From assembly GCA_951406725.2 (NCBI GenBank), contig OX597828.1:65472001-65536000 (forward strand): a stretch of DNA of 64,000 nucleotides, in the 5' to 3' direction. Below, piece after piece: positions 30,481 through 44,201 of the stretch. Every line of letters starts with the position of its first letter. The first letter of the stretch is position 1. Under the pieces are notes generated by a model that ran no database searches, had not been told where the DNA came from, and worked only from the letters and a program-made list of their open reading frames with translations. A program made the position numbers and the translations under genes. The stretch comes from Octopus vulgaris (Eukaryota).

Positions 30481-30753
30481 TATTTTGTTATTTTTTATTT
30501 GCCCTGTCCGTGTGAGCTAACAATCGTACTGATTTTCATGGGAAGCATGTATTTTTTGTGGTTGAAACCTTTTGGATTAACTGGTGCTAGAGTGAGCCAT
30601 ATAGTGACCACTCTCTTATATTTATTTTGTAAAAATATTATAATATATTATAAAATATTATAATAATCCAGGTTTCTCGGAGCACTAGGCCACTTGGTGT
30701 AGAATAGATATACTATTAAATTAGTATCTAATTCTCTCACCCTTATTAATTAA

Positions 30754-30820
<67 letters not shown>

Positions 30821-31063
30821 ACTAATTTCAATGGATTTCGCCCAAATTTGACGTCTATATTACTTAGTTTGGTTTGAAATAAAGAACTTGTTTACCTTAA
30901 TAATCGTAACTTAATCCCGAGCAAGGCCGGGTTATACTACTAGTCTTAACTAACTTACACTAGTATACAACTCCAACTACTACGATAACGTCACAATAAT
31001 ATTTTTTTTCTACTTAAGGAAAAATAATACTCAAATTTTACTTTACTCTTCCTGCGCCTGTAG

Positions 31064-31890
31064 ATTTCAGTTTCTGTGTGCATCTCCTTTATTCATCTGT
31101 GGTGGAAGCTAACGATATAAGAGTTACTTATAAGAATGGATTTCTCTAGTATTACTTAACTTTCTGACAATGTTGCAACATCATACACGACCTGTTGGCA
31201 TACTTCGAAATGTTGCCACCTGAAACTATAATTAATGCCGTTTAGGCGGCCTCCAAGCAATTGATAAGATGCATTTACAGTCTTCTATGCAATTTATGCA
31301 TCCCTTGTATTTGTATTCCAGCAATCATTTATTTTGTAATAGTTGTGACCAGCTTTACATTATAGCGAGTATTGTTACATGGCGGATAATAGCGAGGTGG
31401 GGAAGTGAGAGGAAAATAACCAAAGAAGAAGAAAATAGCAAGAATAAGAAGATCGGTGGGTGAGGAAGAGGAGAAGAAAATAACGAAAAATGATTCCAAC
31501 TATTTCCTTTATTCTATGACATCATGATGATAATGGCGAATTTCTTGTAAGGCTGAGAACGATAAACACCACCTTACATTCTATAAATATATGTCTATTA
31601 TAGAAAGGCGGATATTCATTTCAACATGTAATATTGAAAATCTCATTATACCCAAGTCTTGAATTTTTTGCAATGGTTTCTTTTATATTTCTTTGCAAAC
31701 AATTTTGCTTCAAATATTACAATATGATTCAAAGCTCCACCGACGTTTCGAAACATCTAAAAATTCTTTGGTAATGCTCCTTATCACTTTTTTTATATAT
31801 TTTATTTTAGCTAATCATCATCATGAATGTTATATCTGTCTTAATCAATTGCCTTATCATTGTTTTATCAATCAGGAAAGGATTTTGATG
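31064..31890 (+). pseudogene. polycystin cation-channel domain exon relics
   Basis: ...RVTYKNGFL*YYLTF*QCCNII (cf. S2-S3 YF.SFWN), LLQILQYDSKLHRRFETSKNSLVMLLITFFIYF (cf. S4-S5 linker LLRFN..M..L..TL), LIIIMNVISVLIN (cf. S6 ILLNMF.AIIN). Confidence 0.62.
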
Positions 31891-32058
31891 TGAATTCTCG
31901 TTTTAATATTTTAGTAAGGTTCACTTTGTAGAATTTATGGGATGGTGTTCTAAATGCTTTGGACGAAAAATATTTTAATTTAAAATTTCCTCTTCAGAAT
32001 TAAGAAATATTTCCATACAATATTCACTCATTAACATTTTCATCCAAATTCATTCCAT

Positions 32059-32729
<671 letters not shown>

Positions 32730-33094
32730 CACTTAACTATTTTCTCCCTAGCTATCCGTATTGCGTGCTGTCATTTTGCTTTTATTAGGGTGCAGGTGTT
32801 ACCGAATTGTTGGTAAATTCGCTTCGAGGTCATAGAATCCCGGGTTCAATCCTTTGGAGTGCTGTCTTGAAGCAGTGTCTCATGAATTTAAGTCTTAGAG
32901 TAGAATTGGGAAAACGGAAAGTGTGTAGAAAACCGTACTCTTTATTGTACATGTAAACAACCAAATTAGCCTTGTCACTGGCTGCATTCCAAAGATACAC
33001 TTGTCTTCGGAATACTCAGCTACTTACACTCTAATTCAAAATTAATTCAGTTCAGTTGATGAAATTACTGGAGTACTCGAGAATGCCGCATATA

Positions 33095-33310
33095 TTGATT
33101 TCAAATTCTGGCACAAGGCCAGCAATTTTGGAGGAGGGGTTAAGTTATTTACATTGACTCCAGTCCTCAACTGGAACTTATTTTATCGACTCCGAAGAAT
33201 AAAAAGCAAAGTCGACCTCGGTGAAATATGAACTCGGAGCGTAAAGACGGACAAAATACCGTTAGGCATTTTGCCCGGTACACTAACGATTCTGCCAGCT
33301 CGCAGCCTTA
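33095..33310 (-). mobile_element. SINE family A
   Basis: Reverse complement of the family A head and core. Confidence 0.85.
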
Positions 33311-34629
33311 GAAAACGACGTATATGTTAATTAAATATTAATATACACATATATCTCTGGTTAAGTCGTTTCGACTTACGTCATTTCCGAAGATACGTCG
33401 GTCTTTCTAAAATATTAAATAAATATTAAATACAGTATTAATTTACGTCGCATAGCAAAACAGCAATAACGTTCATACCAAAGCAAGAAAAGATTTATTT
33501 TGTGTAAAGTTCAGAAGGGATAATAATCCAAGTGAATATGTGCAATAATATTGGTTCGTAGGTCTTGGGTTCATAGCCTGCTCCAGGTATGACACGTTCT
33601 TAGGAAATATATTTGATAGCACTTTGCTCTGGCTTTGTATTTGCTTAAATCATTCTTAATCTAAAATGTCTTCTATAAATGTTCTATTATCGTTTTTATG
33701 TTTAAGTCTGCCGGGGATTAGTCTGCCATTTATATTCCCGTCTGTAAGTCTCTCAGAATATACAAGAGTGAGAAAGAAAGAAAGAGAGAGAGAGTATGTG
33801 TGTGTCTGTGAGCGCCAATGATTGTGTATAAGTGTATATGTGTGCATATGTGAGAGAAAGAAGGTGTGAAAAAGAGGGACAATAGAAGAGGACAAGGCCT
33901 GTGCGTGTGTACGTGTTGCATGGTGCGTATGAGTCTATTTATGTATTACTATTTTTTGTGTATGTGCTTTGCTGAACGCGCAAAAGATAGTTTGTATGCA
34001 GATGGATTAAAATGGATCCGATGAAATCCAAGATGGTAATCCAGGAGAGTCGAAATTGTTATTCCAGACAGTAATTCTGTGTAGTTACAAATATGTGGTT
34101 ATACGTTTGAGAAGTTAGCAGTGGCGATAATTGCATGCACATACGAATACTAATTCCTCGGTGTTTCATTCAGTAAATCACTTACAACAATTACTAAAGT
34201 GTATATGAAAGCTTTGTTCATTCAGTTATACAAGTGAATATGGCCGAAGAAGGAGTGTCTTATTTACGCTTTCGCGTCCATTTCATAGAATTTACAACGG
34301 GTAAGAAATGGCTGCTTAACATGCAATGGTTCCTGTAGATCTTCATTAGAAAACTTGTCTTGAACAAGAGAAAAGCTGCAGGAAATAAAGGTGACGTTAG
34401 CTTTACAATCAGATACGATGAAAGAGAGACGATGAAAGAAGGAAAAAAGGGGTAAGAAGACAAAGGATTTTAGAAGAAAAAGAGAGGAGAGTAAATATAT
34501 GGAAAGCATTTGGATGAAATTAAGTCAAATTCATTAAAAGATTTTCAGTGAAATTTCAAAGCATTTTGAAGCGATGACACATTGTTTCTTTTTTTTTTTT
34601 CGTATTTTAAGTATATATTACAGTACATA

Positions 34630-34980
34630 GATTTCAAATTTTGACACAAGGGAAGGGATTAAGTCCTATTAAATTGACCTCAGTGCTCAAATGGTACTTA
34701 TCTTATCGACCTCGAAAGGTTGAAAGGCAAGTCAACCTCGACAGAATTTGAACTCAGTATGTAAAGTCGGACGACATGCCGCTAAGCATTTTGCCGGGCG
34801 TGCTGACGACTCTGCCAGCTCGCCGTCTTCCAGTACTCAACTGTTACTTATTTTATCGACTCGGAAGGATAAAAAGGCAAAGTCGACCTCGCCGGAATTT
34901 GAAAACAGAAGATAACGACGGACGAAATGCTGCAAAACATTTTGTCCGGCGTACTAATGACTCTGTCAGCTCGCCGCCTT
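34630..34980 (-). mobile_element. two tandem SINE family A copies
   Basis: Two reverse-complement heads ending ccagctcgccg at ~34825 and ~34980. Confidence 0.85.
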
Positions 34981-35132
34981 ATATTACGTTATATTTTACA
35001 CATTCATCAAAGAAGTGTGTGATTTTGTTCACTTGATTCACATCTAATGATTTTTCTATATTCTCCCTCTCTCTATCTTTTTCTCCTATCACCTTCTCTT
35101 TTCTTCTCACGCATTCCTTTCTCCTCTCACAA

Positions 35133-35177
<45 letters not shown>

Positions 35178-37230
35178 TTCCTTTGTCTGTGATTCTAAAT
35201 CTGGGGCCTCCTTCATTTCACTTTCGCTTCTCCTTTGCTCAAGACAAGTTTTCTAATGAAGACCCACAGGAACTACTGCATGTTAAGTGGCCATTACTTA
35301 CCAGTTGTAACTGACTAAAATTGCTATTTTAGAAGATACAATCAGTTTGAATTTACTTAAAACAAAGATAAATGTCTGTCAACACAAGCCTATTTATTAT
35401 GTGATCGCTTAAGTCTAAGAAAATGTTCAAATGAAAATAAACTATTCTCTATTAAAATTCCCCGATACAAAACCCAATTGTCGGTCTTTTAGTGAACTAC
35501 TTCCTTAACCTTTTTTTTCTGAAAACTAAATACTCTAAAATTAAACAAAATTATAGCTTGGAGCTTCGGTCTGCTCATCCTCCCTCTCGTTACCCAAACC
35601 CTACTTTCAGTAAACCTTAGTGTATTTCAGCCAATCGTTTCTGAATCGTCCGGGTCCATTCGAAGGAGCCACAGCTACAGTTTATTTCTTCCATTCGTTT
35701 GTATCATTGAACAAACTAGAGAAAAATATTCTTCTCAATGTCATGGTATCTATTATATAATGACTATCACTGAGGTTAGCAAGATTAAGTGTCTTGTCTA
35801 TATCTTTTGGCGGTGTCAAGAGAATGGTATCGAACTGTCTGGTGAGGTTGAGTAGTAAGAAGTTTTTCCTCCCAACATCATGGTTCCGGGTTCAGTCTAC
35901 GCAGGACTACGCATCGCTACGACAGATACGAGAGTCAGGCTTCATAAACGAAACACGACCGGTTTTGAATAGTAAATACTCTCAATAGGCAAAAGACTTA
36001 CAAAGACTCATGGACCGCACACACATACACACATACACATACCCACGAACAGACATCCACACACACACACATGCAAATACAAACAAGGGCATAGACATGC
36101 CCTGACGCCTACACAGATACACACACATATGCATACGCACACACACACACGGAAACATGCATACAGAAGTACACACGTAAACACAAATACACAGGAACTC
36201 ACACACATACGAACGCACAAACATACACACGAACATTCACACACGGCTACACACACATAAAGACACACTGAAACACAGACACATGCCCCCCCACACACAC
36301 ACGAACACACACACACAGGAACACGCAAACACAGACACACACGCTCGTACACACTAGCACTCCCATAAACACACGAACACAAACGCACGCATACGTATGC
36401 TCCTACTCACGCACGGGTGGACGTCAATTTATTCAACATTTATCAAACTAAGAAGATGGTTTAACTGTCTTTGGGAGAAACGTTATATGGATGAACGTGT
36501 GCGTCTGCGGAAAAAAAAACAGAGAGAAAACCAAAACCACCATCTTATATATATATGAAAAATGACATAAGTCAGTATTTAAAAACACACAGACATACAG
36601 ACATACACACACTCGGACTTATCTCGGACAAATCTCGGGCAAATCTCAACATAAGTTCAAAAGAAATGGAAGTAGAGCGATGTGTCACTGAAGAGATTGT
36701 AAAAATGCAATGAAATAATTATTTAACAAAAAAAAAGAAATAACAACACGAACAATACTGAACAATAACAATAAGCGACTAAACCAGTGCGTTTTTATTA
36801 TTACCTTGGCATAATGACCCTCCCAAGGTCCAATAGTATTTCTTTCAACAGAGGAATTGCAAACCAAATACAAATACGAACTATATATGTGTGCTTGTGT
36901 GTGTGTCACTTCAGCGCCCTTTATTATAATCCTATTCTTATAATTATACTTAGATATATATATGTGTGTGTGTGTGTGTATTTGTGTGTATTGTGTATTT
37001 GTGTGTGTGCGTGTGTTTCGTGTGTAGCATAGTTATTGTTACTTAAATGTATGATCGTAAAATAGTGTATTTCTCTGTCTCCATCTTAATCACTAGCTTT
37101 TATTAGATGGAAAAATCACTTTATCTTCAATGATTTTACAAAATTCCAAGATCATCTAAGAACAAAAACACTAACATAGCTATAATTGGCAACAGGTGAC
37201 ATTTCAATGGATATTTTGTACAATATTTAC

Positions 37231-37353
37231 CGAATTTTGCGATCATTGTTCAGATTTAATTCGTAAAATGTCACATTAGTTGTGCTGGATGTAGTAGTTG
37301 TATTTCTTGATGAGGAGACTCCTTGTATATTGTCGTAGATCGTTATACAGATG
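37231..37353 (-). pseudogene. FN3-like exon relic
   Basis: ttattcag|c ICITIYDNIQGVSSSRNTTTTSSTTNVTFYELNLNNDRKIR |gtaaat, a 123-nt open exon. Confidence 0.5.
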
Positions 37354-37364
37354 CTGAATAAGTA

Positions 37365-37403
<39 letters not shown>

Positions 37404-37632
37404 CTGATGACGACGACGACGACGATGACAACAGCGACGGTGATGACGATGGCGAAGATGATTATGAGGATGGTGTTTTTGTTACAACCGACCAACCTTT
37501 TTTTTTTCTTTTCCTGCATTCTGTTCAAGGCTATGAACAGTCTATTTTTATTATATTTAACGGACAATAAACATTACAACTTATATTGATTCTATGATTC
37601 TGCGAATAATAATGATGATGATGATGATGATG

Positions 37633-37749
<117 letters not shown>

Positions 37750-38049
37750 GATTTTAGTGTAATATGTATAGGAAAGAGGTAGAGTGAGGAACTGAAGACT
37801 GGGTTGGTTCAGGTTGGTTCGGACTGTCAGAATATGTTAGATGGCATCTTATCAGTATTACCAGTGAAAATCAGTTGAATAAGCGTAACCAGTTCCAAAG
37901 GTTATCGGACACGTTATTAAAAGACAATAACATCTATATAAGTGAATACACAGTGAAGTATCATAAGGCTTTGAAACGTGTATATGTTTATGGGTAGGTG
38001 TGAATATCTGTATGCATGTTTGAATTTGTATGTATGTGTGTGTGCGCGC

Positions 38050-38094
<45 letters not shown>

Positions 38095-39186
38095 TATGTG
38101 TGTGCGTGTGGGGCGAACAGATTTGTATCGAATATGTATCAAAAGCACGAGGGTTTTATGACGGGTTTACCAAGACGTGTTTTCTTCATAATGTGTATGC
38201 GCTCCTTGCAGAATATTGGGAACAATAAATTCCCAGATACATCACCTGGTTCCATGCTTTTATGTTAGTGCCAGAAATGGTAGCATACACAAGAGGATGA
38301 TATTCATCTACTTTCAGTTTCACGGGAGGGGTAAGATTTATTGCATTTAAAACCCTCCGGCCCAACCTCGACCCTCATAGATTTTAGCGTAACCCAAATT
38401 CCTAAAATTTATTTCCATCACTGCTTCTTAGTCGTGTCCTCTGGATGTAGTAATGTTTTGTAGAATGATACATTAAGGAGCTTTTTTATGAGTACCACGG
38501 GTTTAGTTGAATCCATTCATATACAGACAGACAGACATACATACATACAGACAGACAGACAGACAGACAGATAGCCACACACATACGGATCAACACGTAA
38601 CACAAATGTTTGAAAAGCTGAGCACAGCGAAAACCTCTCATAAAACTTCCTTCTATCAAATCTGCTTTCATATAGCTGTTCTTCTTACCAGATTAATGAC
38701 CTTGGGATCCTTATTAGGAATGTTACTTATCTGTGCGAACATTCTCTTCGTCTTGGTTGACCAATAATGCATTGTTTAAATAATTAGCTGGAAGCATGAA
38801 GAGAAGAAAAGCCAGAATTATTGACGTTACTCAAGTTATAACAATCTCGCCCCAATAGATAACGTCGATATCAAACCAAATCTTGTTACATTAGTTCGAA
38901 TTTATATACTTGTCAGATATGAATATATATTTATCCTCAAGTGATTCCATAGACATAAAGCAAATATTTAACTTCAGTGTTATCTTGGTTTCATCTTTCC
39001 ATTCGTGTGCATATTTCAGTATTTTTATTATTACATGGAAAAGTACGAGCATGTAAAGTAATATTCTTAAGATAATAAACCTAGATTATAAACACGACAA
39101 GTTATTACACCTGTAAAAGTACAGGACAAGCTATTACTTACATTATTTGCATTCGACGGATATTTGCCCTCATTATTTTTGTTGTT

Positions 39187-39227
39187 AACGTTTCGGCTGG
39201 TGTACCCGCCAGCCTTCGTCAGGTGTC
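39187..39227 (-). ncRNA. minimal hammerhead-like motif
   Basis: CTGACGA-a-ggctgg-cgggtaca-ccagcc-GAAA-cg-tt. The 3' strand of stem I appears lost. Confidence 0.6.
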
Positions 39228-39266
39228 TTGGGGAAATTTCGAACCTGGGTTCTCATTCCTAAAATA

Positions 39267-39346
<80 letters not shown>

Positions 39347-39533
39347 TCACTGCTTGGAATCGAACTTGGAATTTTTATATTAGTAGGCCGCGATCTTAAC
39401 CAGTTGGTGACTTTTAGGTAGTCTTTTACTAATATAAGCATTGTCAGTGACAAAATAGGAGTGAGGATATGCAAATTTGAGTGTTCCTGTTTTAAATGGT
39501 CTACATCCGTTTTGTTATTCTGATAGTGTTTTA

Positions 39534-39750
39534 CGAGGGATGTACTGAAAAGTTCCTGGCTTCAAGAGTATTGCGAAAGGCCTTGTTGGGGGCCCAATCT
39601 TCCGAGTTCCTTCGTGGAGTTTAGAAAACTGAAGGACCACTGCAATAAGTGTGTGAATCTAAGAGGGGAATATGTTGAATAAAATCGTAATTTACTGATC
39701 TTCCTGTATTTTAGTCTACACAAAGCCGGGAACTTTTCAGCACCCCTTCG
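39534..39750. mobile_element. mariner-derived MITE
   Basis: TIRs cgagggatgtactgaaaagttcctggctt / aagccgggaacttttcagcaccccttcg, TA TSDs, internal KCVNLRGEYVE remnant. Confidence 0.88.
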
Positions 39751-40818
39751 TACATCATATTAAGATATTGAACTGATTGTATCATGTTTGTAGAAATTGT
39801 AATGATATCATTGTAATTATTTATAATGTTTTAGATTAGATTTAGACTAATGTGAGAATGTGTCATCTAAGTGGATAAGTATATGAAGCAGGAAAACTTT
39901 AAAAAGTAGTTTTAATGGTTAAAAATAAGCTACAACAGATATGCCTGAAACGAAAGTAAAACAAGAATCAGGAAACTAGATTTATTGATCTATTAACTTA
40001 TTTTAATACGGTACCATAGACATTTTAAAAGATAAGAATGTTTTTAAAATATTTATTCAAGTACATTGGAAACAATTCATTTTATGGGGTTCTATGAGCT
40101 ACTTAGTGTATGTGTGTGTGTGTGTGCATGTTTATGTGTGCATGCTTATGTGTGCATGCCTGTGTGTGCATGTTTGTGTGTCTGTGTGTGCGCCTGCGTC
40201 TGTGTGTCTGTATGTACAAATGGGTATGAGTGATAGAGAATGCGAGTATGTACTTGTACGCGAAGATGTGTATATAAGCCTGCGTTTTCGTGTATACAGC
40301 TGATTTCATGGTTCTATGAATAGTTTTACTGCTCAGAGCAGCGTTTTCTCTTCCCCGATCAGTCAAATAGAATTCATTAATTCTGTGTGATGTCAAAGAT
40401 AACTTCCAATAATAGTAAAACATTCTAAAGCTCGGATTAACTCAAGATCAAGGATGGTAAGTCTTGTTATGTAAAGCTAAGTTTTACTATAGTAGAAAGT
40501 TCTATTAGGTATACTAATTAAATATTCAGACAAAGTTGGATGGGATTTATAAAATAAAAGCCGTAGGGTTATGTATTTCGGTAATGTCAACTACACCAAA
40601 ATTTAAGGTATGAGGGGAAAATTCATTTTACCGACAGACGATCATAACAGAACCTACACACTTCTGAAACACAGGCATGAACACTTCGCATTATTGCCTG
40701 AAAACAACAAATCACGTATACCATGCATACATACATACATACATGTGTGTGTATGTGTGTACGTTTACACAGACAGGCAGACAGGCAGACAGACAGGCAG
40801 ACAGACAGACAGACAGAC

Positions 40819-40919
<101 letters not shown>

Positions 40920-40920
40920 A

Positions 40921-41011
<91 letters not shown>

Positions 41012-41426
41012 TATAGATAGAGGTATAAAAAATGGCTAGCTGATAGAGTCAAGTAAACAGGACTGAAACAAGACTTTCCAAGCGTATATCCATAATCATC
41101 TGGGCGAACAAATGTCAGCCGTCGTAAAGACTCGTCCAAGCGATCGCTGTAATCAGATACAGAACTATAAAGTAACAAAAAATGAGATATTTTAAAAATT
41201 GCAGTGCATGATATGTAATAACCACAGTAAATATTAAACCCTCCCGTGACCTACATAAGAGGTAAATTCAATCCATTGTCTAGTTTAACACCACCAGCTT
41301 ATTATCATTCAGTGAAAATTAAATGAGAAAAGTCGGGAAGAAATTAATAAAATTAGAAGACAACAAAAGGAAAAATAAGAATATAAAAGATCAAGGTAAT
41401 GATATTCATAGCCAGATTCACATTAA

Positions 41427-41457
<31 letters not shown>

Positions 41458-41756
41458 GATGAGGAGAAGGAGGAGGAAGAGGAGGAGGACGACGACGACG
41501 GCGGCGGCGACGACGACGAGGAAGAGGAAGAGTACGAGCAGGATGAGAAGGAGGGCGAGAAGGACGAAGAAGACAACAAGGGAAAGAACGACAGAGTGGA
41601 GGAACACAACGAGGAGGTGGACAAGGAATAGGCAGATGCTGAGGAGGACAATGAGGACGATGATGATGATGATTGTGGGGGTGGTAATCCTCCTCCTCCA
41701 TCCCATTTTCGTCGTCATCATCATCATCTGGGAGAAGTCAAGCAGCTGAAAATTAC

Positions 41757-41890
41757 CAAATATCTAAAAGCCAAGGAATTATGTAAATATGATTGTGAGA
41801 GGGGAGAGGACAAAGAGGAGAGATTGATTTCAAAAGATATTGTTATTTGGTGTTCCGCGTATATCAAACATCGATCTCTTTGGAAGATAT
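41757..41890 (-). pseudogene. SEA-domain-like exon relic
   Basis: actttcag|DIFQRDRCLIYAEHQITISFEINLSSLSSPLSQSYLHNSLAFRYL|gtaatt, resembling the SEA F...L....S..Y......F pattern. Confidence 0.45.
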
Positions 41891-42338
41891 CTGAAAGTAA
41901 CTTGAAAGTGAAAGTAGACTCTAACATTGGGATGTTGTCAACTACACAGACAGAAACTGCCTTTAACTATGTATTTCAAATGTGAGAGATGAAATATCTC
42001 AATTGTTTTCAAGTTTATTCTTAATGTTTGTAACTAAATATCCCATTTCACAGATAAAATAACATACGTTTTGTTGTTCTTGTTCTTTAGCCTCAGGAAA
42101 GAAATTTCAATCGTAAATATACATCTTTTTCTCTTTTTATTTTAGAGTAGAGATAACGTTTGTACAACTACATTATCCAATGTGCCCTTCTGTTAAAACT
42201 ACATCATCCAATGACCATTCTTTTAAAACGATAGTGTGCGATTCGATAGTGTGTGATTACTATTTCTAGAAACCCGAGCGACCGTGTAGTAACTCCTTCG
42301 ATGGTTTATTCTTTCGTGTTATAATTATTAGGAGCTAC

Positions 42339-42810
42339 AAGGGCGACTAGCTGACAGAATCGTTAGCACACCAGGCAAAATGCTTAGCGGTATTTCGTTT
42401 GTCTTTACGTTCTGCTTAGCATCATTTCGTCCGTCTTTCTTTTGAGGTCAAATTCCGCTGAGGTTGACTTTACCTTTCTTCCCTTCAGGGTCAACAAAAT
42501 AAGTACCAGTTGAGCACTGGGTTCGTTCTAATGGACTTACACTCCCCCCATGAAATTGCTGGTTTTGTGCCAAAAGTTGAAACTATTAGGAGCTATAGAG
42601 GCGGCGAACTATCAGAATCCTTTGCACGCCGGAAAAAATGCTTAATGGTATTTCTTCCGGATTTACGCTCTGACTTCAAATACTGCCGAGGTCAACTTCG
42701 TCTTTCATCTTTTCAGAGTCGATAAAATAAATACCAGTTAAGCACTGGGGTCGATGTATTCGACTATCCCTACTACAAAAAATGTCAGGCTTTGTGTCTA
42801 TAACAGAAGG
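42339..42810 (+). mobile_element. two tandem SINE family A copies
   Basis: Heads at ~42339 and ~42598. The flank attattaggagcta is duplicated. Confidence 0.85.
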
Positions 42811-42872
42811 AGTTGTTATGAGGTTTTTTGAAGGCGGTATTTTATATATTTTATTAGACATTACATCGAATT

Positions 42873-43145
42873 GAAGGCGCGTGGCTTCCTGGTTGGAGTA
42901 TTCCGCTGACGGGCGTAAGGCTGTGAGTTCGATTCCCGGCAGCGTATTTTGTTTTTGAGGTGGCAAAAATGAGTTGTACCTGTATTTCAAATGAGCCAGC
43001 CTTGTCACATTGTGTCACGCTGAATCTCCCTGAGAACTAAGTTAAGGGTACACGTGTCAGTGGAGTGCTCAGCCACTTGCACATTAATTTCATAAGGTGG
43101 TTGTTACAACTGGAACCCCAGTCGTTGTAAGCGACGGCATGCCAG
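42873..43145 (+). mobile_element. tRNA-derived SINE (family D)
   Basis: gaaggcgcgtggc..A box, B box GAGTTCGATTCCC, distinct 3' body (ctgaatctccctgagaacta...ggagtgctcagccacttgcac). Confidence 0.7.
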
Positions 43146-44163
43146 TATATCGAATTATGCAATGAATAGGAATTTAAGCATAAATATGTATGCAATGAAA
43201 CGATAGAAGATTTAACCAAAACTGGATGCACACAAATATTCTGCAAATATATGCCACTCGTTATTTTACACATTTACATACTAATATTATGTAAATTTAG
43301 ATCTCTAGATCACTGATAGTACTTAATCTTATGCTTCAAAACTCCTGATATTCACTCTATGAATCGTTTCTACTACTTTTAGCTGTATTACTTCATATTA
43401 TACAACAGAATCCAGCCAATCACTTAGTACTAACAGGATATATGTTATATACGCCAGAGAACGAAATGGGTTGTGGCTTGTGTGTTAGGAGAAGACGCCA
43501 TTGGATCAAAGCTCGTGGATATTGGCGTAGAGAATAGAAACTGCGCTGCAGAATGCATGATTTCCTTAATTCTTCATACGATCAATAAGATAGCATGCCT
43601 TACACGTGGTAATATTATCTGTCCTCTCTATACAGAGTTTAATGCACGGTTGCTATAGATTTCTCCTCAGCTCTAGACAGTTTACTTCAGAATATTTGCA
43701 AACTTTTGTAACCTACATTTGGAGAATGTTTCCTCGTTTTCCGAACAATATATATATTAATCCTCAACATGTAGCTGTACGCTCACGGATGAGAAAGATA
43801 TTATATCTTGGCCGTTTCTAATCCAAAATATGGAGAGCTTGAAAACTAAGCAAATTGAATCACAAGAAATGTTTTCCCTGGAGATAAAGACTAAGTGAAA
43901 AAGAACAAACAAAAAAAGAACCAAATAAAGAAAAATGCAACAGAAAAACTAAAATATCTACTAGCACAAGTTTAAGAATATAGATGTATGAATTTCTGTA
44001 AAACAGGCCTGGGGTGGTTGTCAGTGTTTTGATTGAATATTAGATTCGTAGCATGCAACCATGTTCACGCTTCTTCATGTGACTGTTCTTTCCTGTAATT
44101 TTGCTTTATGGCATGACTTGTGACATTTCTGTGTATCACATACAAACTCTACCGTCATTCAAT

Positions 44164-44201
<38 letters not shown>

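Larger units (their letters stand above)
27482..30753 (+). repeat. 535-bp tandem array, forward block (6 units + partial)
   Basis: Identical ORF-track hits at 535-bp spacing (27698, 28233, 28768, 29303, 29838, 30373). The first unit has 6 clustered 1-nt deletions. Confidence 0.98.
25794..30943 (+). mobile_element. non-autonomous Helitron interrupted by the 535-bp array
   Basis: 5' a|TCatatctataaaagggagaatgtgtgtg. 3' hairpin cccgagcaaggccggg (30916-30931) then CTAG|t (30940-30943). A/T target with no TSD. Same architecture as 60794-61603. Confidence 0.75.

Noticed and set aside
27698-30663. Repeated 96-aa ORF MDFIQIVLAEELQVDF... as a tandem gene family
   Set aside because: GTG start, no recognisable domain, AT-rich codons, and it overlaps the hammerhead fold. 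It recurs only because the unit repeats.
26402-30753. CRISPR array
   Set aside because: Units are identical over their full 535 bp with no unique spacers. The context is eukaryotic and there are no cas genes.
33362-33395. Further hammerhead on the minus strand (cggaaa-t-gac-gtaa-gtc-gaaa-cg)
   Set aside because: The core is too eroded and there is no stem I, so it cannot be told apart from chance.
41323-41749. Acidic D/E-rich ORF
   Set aside because: Degenerate (GAN)n trinucleotide repeat open in several frames, located between minus-strand exon relics.
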